Assembly: GCA_043750125.1 (NCBI GenBank)
Contig: JAYVCD010000439.1
Coordinates: 1-14,420 of the forward strand
DNA length: 14,420 nt
Direction of reading: 5' to 3'
Origin: Archangiaceae bacterium
GTDB lineage: Bacteria > Myxococcota > Myxococcia > Myxococcales > Myxococcaceae
Shown here: positions 7,074-14,420 of the stretch, piece by piece
How the letters are laid out: every line of letters starts with the position of its first letter
Position numbering within the stretch: the stretch's first letter is position 1
The notes under the pieces: generated by a model
What the model saw: the letters and a program-made list of their open reading frames with translations, nothing else
What the model was told of the DNA's origin: nothing
Database searches by the model: none
Program-made: the position numbers and the translations under genes

Positions 7074-8132
7074 GTGAAGAGATTGTTGTGGTTGGCACTC
7101 ATCGCTGCCGGTGCGAGCGCGTCGGCCGGGGCTTCAGAGACTTCGCTCAAACCGCAGGGAGCGCCGCTGAAGGTCACCCGGGTGCGGGCCGTGTTGTCGA
7201 CGGCCAAGGACGAGCTGACCGGCTCGTTGTTCCCTTCCAAGCTGGGGGCCCTGGGCTTTGAAGTCGGCGGGCGGTTGATGAAGAGCCGGGTCGTCAAGGG
7301 CGAAGGGGTCAAGGAAGGAGCGGTGCTGGGCCAGCTGGACCCGGAGATTGTCGACGCTCAGGTCGCCGGAGCCGAAGCGGCGGTGGCTGCGGCCGAAGCC
7401 GGCGCCGAGATGGCCAGCGACCTTGCCGCGCGAAACGAGAAACTGAAAATTGAAGGCAGCGTCAGCGACGTGCAGAGCAAGGGCGCGAGCACGACTTCCA
7501 AACAGGCCCAGGCGCAGCTGCTCGGAGCGCGCGCGCAGCTGGCTCAGATCAAGGCGGCTCGCAGGCGGCACGACTTGAAGGCTCCGTTCGCGGGGACGGT
7601 GATCGACGCTCCGGATCAAATCGGAGGAATGGTCGGCCCCGGACTGCCGGTCTACATCATCGAGCAGCTCGACCCGCTGATCCTCAAGACCACCATCAGC
7701 GAAGACGCACGTTCCGTGGTGAAGCCGGGGGTCAAGGTGAAGGTGTCCTCGGTCGGCGGCAAGGCTTCGACCGATGACGCGGTGGTGAAGGTGGTGCTCG
7801 CCTCGGCCGACCCGCAGACGCGGCGAATTCCGGTCGAGATCTCGGTACCCAACTCCGACGGGCGCTTCGTCGCCAACACCCTGGCCCGGGCGGTGATGCC
7901 GATGGGCAGCGCGCAACAGGCGGTCGCGATTCCAGCCACCGCGCTCGGGACCAACGCGGGCGAGCACGTCTGGTCGGTCGGGCCCGACGGTCAGTTGAAA
8001 CGCGTCCCGGTCAAGGTGCTCGAGCGCCTCGGCAAAGAAATCGTGTTGTCCGCCGCTGAGCCGCTCGAGCAGATCATCGACTACCCGACCTCGGCGCTCG
8101 TCGAAGGCTCCAAAATCACTCCCTCGCGCTGA
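7074..8132 (+). CDS. RND efflux periplasmic adaptor (membrane fusion protein)
   Basis: GGAGG at 7063-7067 ahead of GTG7074 gives MKRLLWLALIAAG; lipoyl halves FEVGGRL...VKEGAVLGQLD and LKAPFAGTV flank an Ala/Gln-rich hairpin; ADPQTRRIPVEI; IPATAL. In-frame ATG7032 and ATG7050 are alternative starts. Confidence 0.92.
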   Translation: MKRLLWLALIAAGASASAGASETSLKPQGAPLKVTRVRAVLSTAKDELTGSLFPSKLGALGFEVGGRLMKSRVVKGEGVKEGAVLGQLDPEIVDAQVAGAEAAVAAAEAGAEMASDLAARNEKLKIEGSVSDVQSKGASTTSKQAQAQLLGARAQLAQIKAARRRHDLKAPFAGTVIDAPDQIGGMVGPGLPVYIIEQLDPLILKTTISEDARSVVKPGVKVKVSSVGGKASTDDAVVKVVLASADPQTRRIPVEISVPNSDGRFVANTLARAVMPMGSAQQAVAIPATALGTNAGEHVWSVGPDGQLKRVPVKVLERLGKEIVLSAAEPLEQIIDYPTSALVEGSKITPSR

Positions 8133-8141
8133 CAGGCATCC

Positions 8142-11100
8142 ATGACTCTTTCCGACGTGAGTATTCGTCGCCCCGTCTTCACCACGATGATGTCGGTGTG
8201 CCTGGTCGTTCTGGGCGTGATGGGCTTCAGCCGGCTGGGCACCGATTTTTTTCCCGACGTGAGCCTGCCGGTCGTCGTCGTCACCACCCTCTACAAAGGC
8301 GCCGGGCCTTCCGAAATCGAGAACCAGGTCTCCAAGCCGATCGAAGACTCGGTCGCGGGAATCAGCGGCGTGGACCAGATTCATTCGTTCTCGCGCGAGA
8401 ACGTCTCGCTGGTGGTGGTGATGTTCAAGCTGTCCACCAGCCTGGATCGCGCCGTTCAGGAAGTGCGCGACAAGGTCTCGGGCATCACCCGCTTGCTGCC
8501 TTCCGACGCAGATCCGCCCACGGTCGGCCGGGTCGACATCGGAGCGTCCCCGGTCATCACCTACGCCGCGACCGCAAACGTGCCGTCGAAAGACCTGCGC
8601 CGGATGATCAAAGAACGGCTCGAGCCGACCCTGGCTCAAATCGAAGGCGTGGCCGAGGTGCGGGTCATCGGCGGCGACGTGCGTGAGATTCGCGTCAACA
8701 TCGATCTCGACAAGGCGAAGGCGGCGGGCATCGCTCCGGGACAGGTCGCGGAAAAGATCGGCACCGAGAACCTGAACCTTCCCGCCGGGCGCCTCGAGCT
8801 GGGGCCCACCGAGCTGACCGTCCGGGCGATCGGTCAGTACGCGAACGTCGACGCGTTGCGCGCGCTCACCATCGCCAAGAGCCAGTCGGGATCGCAGGTG
8901 CGGCTCGATGAGATCGCCGAAGTGGACGACGCGGTCGCCGACCAGCGAACGCTCGCCCGGCTCAACGGCACCGAGGCGATCATCGTCGACGTGGTGAAGC
9001 AGCCCGGCTCGAACACCATCAAGGTCGCCGACGAAGTGAAGAAGATGATGACCCAGATGGAACCCGTGCTCGGCAACGGCTTTCAAGCGCGCCCGCTGGT
9101 CGACCAATCGTTGCTGGTCAAAGAGAACGCCCACGAGGTCTACGTTGCGTTGATCTTCGGCGGCTTCATGGCGGTGTTGATCATTTTGCTGTTCCTGCTC
9201 GACCTGCGCGGCACGTTCATCAGCTCGCTGGCCCTTCCCACCAGCGTGATCGGCACGTTCTTCGTGATGTTCGTGCTCGGCTACACCCTCAACCAGATGA
9301 CCCTGCTCGCGCTGTCATTGGCGATCGGGCTGTTGATCGATGACGCGGTGGTGGTGCGCGAGGCGATCACCCACCGCCTCGAGCTGGGGGAATCTCCGCG
9401 CAGCGCGGCCTCGAACGGGACCAAGGACGTCTACCTCGCGGTGTTGGCCACCACCTTGTCCCTGGTCGCGGTGTTCGTCCCGGTGGCGTTCATGCCCGGA
9501 ATCGTGGGGCAGTTCTTCAAGCAGTTCGGGATCACCATCTCGGCCGCGGTGATCATCTCGTTGTTCATCAGCTTCACCCTCGACCCGATGCTGTCGGCCC
9601 GGCTGGCGAAGGCCCGAAAGCCCGGCGAGGCACGCAAAGAGAACGCGGTCGCTGCGGTGCTGCGCCGCGGGTTCAATTCGATGGAGCACGGCTACGAGCA
9701 GATCTTGCGCTGGGTCCTGCGGAACCGGGCTTGGACCGGGTTGGTCACCGTGGGAATTCTGGTGCTGTCGGGCTACGGGGCGAGGAACCTCGGCGCAGAG
9801 TTCACTCCGCAGGAAGACCGTGCGCAGTTCATGGTGGATCTGCAGCTGAGCGACGGGGCGAGTCTTTCGGAAACCACCGTTCGCACCGCGATGGCCGAGG
9901 CGGTGTTGAAGAAGATCCCCGAAGTGACTGACGTCTACAGCATCGTCGGGCTGAACGGAGACGTGAACAAGGCGCGGCTGCGGGTGCTGACGACCGAGAA
10001 GAACAAACGGTCGCGCGGGATTCAGGTGATCAAGGAAGACACCCGGGCGCTCTTGACTCCGGTGTTGCCCGCGACGGCGGTGACCCTGCTCGATCCTCCG
10101 CAGATTGAAGGCGCCGGCGACTTCTTTCCGATCATGGTCCGGGTGATGGGGCCCGAGCTCGAGGTCGTCACCGAGCAAGCCGAACGAATCGCTGGGATCA
10201 TGCGCGAGATTCCCGGAACCGCCGACGTGCGCGTCGAGGCGAATCCTCCCAAGCCCGAGCTGCAGGTGATCATCGATCGCGCGCGTTCCAGCGACGTCGA
10301 TCTGTCTTCGGCTTCGCTGGCGATGCAGCTGCGCCTGGCGATGAGCGGGCAGACGGTGGGCAAGCTGCGCGAGGGCACCGAAGAGACCGACATCGTGGTG
10401 CGTCTGGCCGAGAAAGATCGCGCCACCCCCGATGCGGTCGCGCGGCTCGACATCTTCACGCCCAAAGGACTTCGCTCGGTCAGCGACGTGGCGACCCTGG
10501 TCACCCGCGACGGACCCAGCGTGATCGAGCACCACAACCGCCAGCGTCAGGTCGCCGTCTACAGCGGTCTGGGCAAAGGCGCGGCGCTGGGCGACATCGC
10601 CTCGCAGCTGCGCAAGCGCCTCGAGCAGGCCCCCGTGCCGCCGGGCTATTCGATTTTCTACGACGGGCAGGTGAAGACCTTCGATGAGCAGAACGCGGCG
10701 TTCGCGGTCGCCTTCGGGCTCGCCTTCGTCTTCATCTACATGGTGCTCGCTTCGCAGTTCGAGAGCTTCAAGCACCCGTTTACGATCATGGTCTCCGTCC
10801 CGCTGGCGTTGATCGGAGCCCTGCTCGGCCTGGTCCTGGGCGGCTTCAACCTCTCGCTGGGAGCGATGATCGGGATCATCTTGCTGATGGGCCTGGTGAC
10901 GAAGAACGCGATCTTGCTCGTCGATGGAGCGCTGCAGAACCTTCGCGCCGGCGATGATCTCAACACCGCGCTGCTCAAGGCCGGCCCCCGTCGGCTGCGC
11001 CCGATTCTGATGACGTCAGCCGCAATGGCAATCGGAATGGTCCCAACCGCGCTCGGCACCGGAATGGGCAGCGAGTTCCGCGCGCCGATGGCGGTGGCCG

Positions 11101-11279
11101 TCATCGGAGGCGTCATCACTTCGACCTTCCTCACCCTGCTGGTCGTCCCGGTGGTGTTCAGCTTCTTCGAGAATCTCACTCCGCGCGCCCTGCGAATCGG
11201 CAAGACCGTCGAGGAAGACGAGCTCGCCGAGCCGGGGGTCGAACAACCCAGGCCCGCTGCACTCAAGCGGTCCGCGTGA
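8142..11279 (+). CDS. RND efflux permease, AcrB/AcrD/AcrF family
   Basis: 1045 aa; SIRRPVF start; TM4 GLLIDDAVVV; SFTLDPML; GLVTKNAILLVD; RLRPILMT; proton-relay Asp-Asp, Lys and Thr residues are present. Confidence 0.97.
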   Translation: MTLSDVSIRRPVFTTMMSVCLVVLGVMGFSRLGTDFFPDVSLPVVVVTTLYKGAGPSEIENQVSKPIEDSVAGISGVDQIHSFSRENVSLVVVMFKLSTSLDRAVQEVRDKVSGITRLLPSDADPPTVGRVDIGASPVITYAATANVPSKDLRRMIKERLEPTLAQIEGVAEVRVIGGDVREIRVNIDLDKAKAAGIAPGQVAEKIGTENLNLPAGRLELGPTELTVRAIGQYANVDALRALTIAKSQSGSQVRLDEIAEVDDAVADQRTLARLNGTEAIIVDVVKQPGSNTIKVADEVKKMMTQMEPVLGNGFQARPLVDQSLLVKENAHEVYVALIFGGFMAVLIILLFLLDLRGTFISSLALPTSVIGTFFVMFVLGYTLNQMTLLALSLAIGLLIDDAVVVREAITHRLELGESPRSAASNGTKDVYLAVLATTLSLVAVFVPVAFMPGIVGQFFKQFGITISAAVIISLFISFTLDPMLSARLAKARKPGEARKENAVAAVLRRGFNSMEHGYEQILRWVLRNRAWTGLVTVGILVLSGYGARNLGAEFTPQEDRAQFMVDLQLSDGASLSETTVRTAMAEAVLKKIPEVTDVYSIVGLNGDVNKARLRVLTTEKNKRSRGIQVIKEDTRALLTPVLPATAVTLLDPPQIEGAGDFFPIMVRVMGPELEVVTEQAERIAGIMREIPGTADVRVEANPPKPELQVIIDRARSSDVDLSSASLAMQLRLAMSGQTVGKLREGTEETDIVVRLAEKDRATPDAVARLDIFTPKGLRSVSDVATLVTRDGPSVIEHHNRQRQVAVYSGLGKGAALGDIASQLRKRLEQAPVPPGYSIFYDGQVKTFDEQNAAFAVAFGLAFVFIYMVLASQFESFKHPFTIMVSVPLALIGALLGLVLGGFNLSLGAMIGIILLMGLVTKNAILLVDGALQNLRAGDDLNTALLKAGPRRLRPILMTSAAMAIGMVPTALGTGMGSEFRAPMAVAVIGGVITSTFLTLLVVPVVFSFFENLTPRALRIGKTVEEDELAEPGVEQPRPAALKRSA

Positions 11280-12673
11280 GGCCCATGACCCGACCGTCGT
11301 TTGCGTTGTTCGTCTGCTTCGTCGCGTTCACTGCCGGGGCCCAGGTCCCGACTCCGTCTGAGATTTCGGGCCCGGCCCTGGTCGAGCCGTCGCCCCGTCG
11401 ACCCGTCAGCCTCGAGGACGCACTCAAGCTGACCGCGCAGAACAACCAGGATCTCGCGGCCGCCCGCGCGCAGCATCAACAGGCCAGGGCGCAGGCCAGC
11501 CGCGTCTGGGGGGCCATTCTTCCGGAAGTCAGCGCTTCGGGCAGCCTGGTGCGAACCAGCGCGCCCGCGAAGTTGGATCTCGGCCAATTCGTCGGCCTGG
11601 TCGGCGGGGTCTACGGGATTACTCCGAAGGACGCGTCGCTGATTCCTGAGCCCGTCTACATCACCAAAACCGACTCGGCGTACGCCTCGCTGTTGATCAC
11701 TCAGACCCTCTTCACCCCGCAGCTGTTCTTGATTCCCGCGGCGTCCAATGGGGTCGAAGCAGCGCGGCTGGGTGCGCTCGAGGCCCGCGAACAGGTGCTG
11801 TTGGGAACGGCCAAGGTCTACCTCGCCCTCGAAGGCATCGCCCAACTCGAGAGCGCCGCGCGCGAGGCCGAAGCGGTGGCCCTCAAGCGCGAGAAGGACA
11901 CCCGCGCCCAGATGGCGGTGGGAATGGCAGTCGAGGTCGCCTCGCTGCGCGCTCAGGTTGAGACAGCCCAGGCGAGAAATACGCTCGCCCAACTGGCGGG
12001 CACCCGCGAGCAGCTGCTCGGGCTGCTCGAGGCCTTGACCGGTGAGGCGGTGCGCCCGCTCGAGGACGGACCCCGACTCGACTTCGGAACTGCTGCGGCC
12101 GAGAAGTCCGAGCCGTGGAATGCGACCTACCTCGTTCGGGCGCAAGGCAAAGGCGCTGAGGCCACCGAGGCCTACCATCTGTATGACCGGCTGGCGTGGA
12201 TGCCCACGGTCTTCGCGCAGGCCAAGGGCAACTACAACTCGAACACCGGCTTCACCGGTCAGGCCTTCAGCTACGACCTGAGCCTCGGGCTCACCGTGCC
12301 GCTCTACGACCGCGGCGCGCGCTACGCGACCATGCACGAGAACGACGCGAAGTCGGTCGAGCAACGGGCGAAGTTGCTCAGCAGTCAGCAGAAAGCCAAG
12401 GCCAACTGGGTCGCCAGTCGGGCCAGCCTGCAGGCCGCCGAAGCCGCGCTCGCGCAGGCCAATTCTCAAGCGACGCTCGCGGCCCGAGCGCAAAAGCAAC
12501 TCGAGTCGGCCGTGGGTGCCGGCGTGTCGACCGCGCTCGAGCTGTCGGACATCGACAATAAACGGTTTCTGGCTGCCAGCGCCGCGGCCCAGGCCCGCAG
12601 CCAGGTCGAGATTCGGAAAGTCGAGCTCGCCGCGGCAGAGGGGAGGTTGGCGAAGGTGATTGGCCTCGAGTGA
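11276..12673 (+). CDS. TolC-family outer membrane efflux protein
   Basis: GTGA start/stop overlap with the RND gene (ATG11285 is an alternative); signal peptide; VSLEDALKLTAQNN; LPEVSASGS; LGLTVPLYDRG; third gene of the MFP-RND-OMF operon. Confidence 0.92.
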   Translation: MRPMTRPSFALFVCFVAFTAGAQVPTPSEISGPALVEPSPRRPVSLEDALKLTAQNNQDLAAARAQHQQARAQASRVWGAILPEVSASGSLVRTSAPAKLDLGQFVGLVGGVYGITPKDASLIPEPVYITKTDSAYASLLITQTLFTPQLFLIPAASNGVEAARLGALEAREQVLLGTAKVYLALEGIAQLESAAREAEAVALKREKDTRAQMAVGMAVEVASLRAQVETAQARNTLAQLAGTREQLLGLLEALTGEAVRPLEDGPRLDFGTAAAEKSEPWNATYLVRAQGKGAEATEAYHLYDRLAWMPTVFAQAKGNYNSNTGFTGQAFSYDLSLGLTVPLYDRGARYATMHENDAKSVEQRAKLLSSQQKAKANWVASRASLQAAEAALAQANSQATLAARAQKQLESAVGAGVSTALELSDIDNKRFLAASAAAQARSQVEIRKVELAAAEGRLAKVIGLE

Positions 12674-12714
12674 CCTCGACCTCAACGGCCTTCGGGTCCT
12701 CCCCGGGTTTTTGA

Positions 12715-12740
12715 GGCACTGACTAATATTAGTCAGTGCC
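12715..12740. repeat. Perfect 26-bp palindrome, REP-like
   Basis: GGCACTGACTAATATTAGTCAGTGCC equals its own reverse complement; AT-rich core in high-GC DNA. The REP-like label is inference. Confidence 0.9.
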
Positions 12741-12811
12741 CCCTCGAAGACGCCCGCCCCGGCAAGTCGCGCAGTCCGGTCGATGTGAAGACCGGTGTTC
12801 CGATGTGGTAG

Positions 12812-13147
12812 TCGGCGGGTCCGCTTGGCCCTCGCGATCTTCGCCGTGACGCGTTGACTCTGGTCGGCTCGACGCTGTTTTCCAACGTGCCGTACGTGAT
12901 GCTCGCGCGCGAGTGGGTGCCGAAGATGACGCACCCGGCATTCGCCTGGCAGGTGTTGGTGCTCGCTTCGACGCTGGCCGGCAATCTGACGCTGGTCGGC
13001 AGCGTGGCCAACCTGATCGTCTTCGAAGGCGCCCGCGGCAAAGTCGAGGGTCCCTTCTGGGCGTACCTGAAAGTGGGCGTCCCGGTGACGTTGCTCTCGT
13101 TCGGCCTGGCCCTGGGAGTCCTCTGGGCCGAGCACGCCCTGCTCTGA
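12812..13147 (+). pseudogene. 3' fragment of an ArsB/NhaD (ion transporter superfamily) permease
   Basis: FSNVP and ASTLAGNLTLVGSVANLIV motifs plus a final TM helix FWAYLKVGVPVTLL; only about 100 aa of a family that is typically about 400 aa; in-frame TAG at 12809-12811 and no N-terminal part upstream. Confidence 0.85.
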
Positions 13148-13157
13148 AAAGCGCCGT

Positions 13158-13335
13158 TCAGCTCGACCCCGCTTCGAGCAGCAGCTTCACGGATCGCGAC
13201 CGGCGCGGGTGTCTTCCAGTCGACCGACTTGATGTTCACGTACCAGCGCGGCGCGTTCGTGGGGTCCGCCGAAAATGATGCGACCTCGGCGATGGGGCGG
13301 TGGATCAAAATCTCAGTGAGGACGTCGACGGTCCT
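13158..13335 (-). pseudogene. SRPBCC (START-like) family gene remnant with an internal deletion
   Basis: TVDVLTEILIHRPIAEVASFSADPTNAPRWYVNIKSVDWKTPAPVAI is an SRPBCC N-terminus. At about 13191 it joins, out of frame, VKLLLEAGSS*, which resembles the family C-terminus. The expected start codon reads AGG (13335-13333). Confidence 0.75.
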
Positions 13336-13423
13336 GGGCGGCTGAGCGTTGCATGGGACGGGCGCGAACGTGAGGGCCGACTTCCGCCAGCCGGGTTTTG
13401 CTCGCGCTCGTACCTTCTCGAGC

Positions 13424-13798
13424 ATGACGATCTCCTACTTCGTGTCGGCGATTCCTTCTTCCTAGCTCGACGTGCTGCGACGCACTGCCACTGCCCACAT
13501 CGACGAGACTGGCGGCTCGCCGTTGCGGTGTTGCCTGCGCTTGTCCGTCCCGGGCGAAACCACGCCCTGCACCGGCCATCTCGAGCCCGGGTGGCCGCCC
13601 GACTTTCGCAACCGCAGCCAGGTGCTTCGCGCTTACGACTCGGCCGGGCGGATCGCTGCCGCAGTGCTGGTGGACGGAAAGGACGCCGAGCCTCACATCA
13701 CGGCGCTGCTGCAGAACCCCGAACATCAGATCCTTCACAGCCGAAACGTTCTCTACGGGTGCTTCATGTTCACCCTCTCGAACAGGAAGCCGCGGTAG
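13424..13798 (+). pseudogene. DUF1203-family gene with a nonsense codon and an internal deletion
   Basis: ATG13424 MTISYFVSAIPSS, TAG at 13463-13465, then in frame GGSPLRCCLR...PGE, VLRAYDSAGRI, HSRNVLYGCFMF. The central segment expected between PGE and PC (ending GPVFIH in this family) is missing at about 13560. Confidence 0.75.
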
Positions 13799-14420
13799 TC
13801 GGCCCGCGCGCCACTGCCATGAACCTTGGGCGAGTAGCCGCAGATCAATTCCCGCTGCAACTTCCACCGCTCGTTGGGAACCTGCCGCAGCAGCTCATCG
13901 CGCGAGATGAACCACTCGGGCCCCGAATACGAAGTCCCGTCCGGGTTGAGCCACCGTTGGGACATCACTTGAGAGTGACCGTCGAGAATGACGGGGACCA
14001 TGGTGAGGAAGAGATAGTCTTTGGCGGCGTCGGCGAGTTTTCCAACCACGCCTTCCCAGTCTTCGAAGTAGTGAAGTGAGTTGTTGGCGACCACCAGGTC
14101 GTACATTTTCTCGAGACAGCTGAAGTCCGAGGTGAAGGACACTTCCGGAAACCGCTTCGAGCCAAAGGCCACCGAGGTCGGCAAGTCGAAGCAGGTGCAG
14201 TCGAGCTTCAGGTCGGGAAGCAGCGCGCGGAGCAGGCCGTATTGGTGACCGACTCCGCCTCCCCAATCGAGAAGGCTGATCGCCGGCCGTTGCCGCGCCG
14301 CACGCGCTGCTGCGAAGACCAGTCCCAGCACCGCGTTGTGCCGCAGCAGATTGTCGGCTGAGAACAGCTCAGTCCTCGGATCAAAAGCCGACGACTCGAG
14401 CTCCGAGGCGAACACCGGAG
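13753..14420 (-). CDS. Class I SAM-dependent methyltransferase (TIGR04325-like), 5'-partial
   Basis: Motif I SLLDWGGGVGHQY, CFDLP, YDLVVANNSLHYFEDW, YRGFLF; the frame is open to the window edge. Confidence 0.8.
   Translation of the reverse strand, partial: PVFASELESSAFDPRTELFSADNLLRHNAVLGLVFAAARAARQRPAISLLDWGGGVGHQYGLLRALLPDLKLDCTCFDLPTSVAFGSKRFPEVSFTSDFSCLEKMYDLVVANNSLHYFEDWEGVVGKLADAAKDYLFLTMVPVILDGHSQVMSQRWLNPDGTSYSGPEWFISRDELLRQVPNERWKLQRELICGYSPKVHGSGARADYRGFLFERVNMKHP

Noticed and set aside
12776-12807. CGATGTG direct repeat and CCGGTC/GACCGG stem
   Set aside because: Only two 7-bp copies; not a CRISPR array or recognisable att site.
7134-13135. Long minus-strand ORFs (666, 486 and 799 aa) opposite the efflux operon
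   Set aside because: Shadow frames produced by high-GC codon bias; no recognisable motifs.
12733-14079. ORFs 12733..13425 (-), 13300..14079 (+) and 13313..13867 (-) as real genes
   Set aside because: They are read-throughs or shadows across pseudogene fragments; only the SRPBCC segment looks like real protein.

Overview
High-GC window with gene content typical of Myxococcota (inferred). It opens with the 3' end (domains V and VI) of a group II intron whose last bases coincide with the ATG of a secreted thermonuclease-family gene. Next come sppA, a solitary atpH, a non-canonical Hsp70 paralog, a 2H phosphoesterase-family gene, a VWA lipoprotein and an intact RND efflux operon (MFP, RND, TolC). 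A perfect 26-bp palindrome then marks the start of about 1.1 kb of gene debris: the 3' end of an ArsB/NhaD-type permease, an internally deleted SRPBCC gene and a DUF1203 gene with a nonsense codon and a deletion. The window ends inside a partial class I SAM methyltransferase. The strongest lead is the intron sitting on a start codon. All family calls come from motif recognition by eye; no searches were run.
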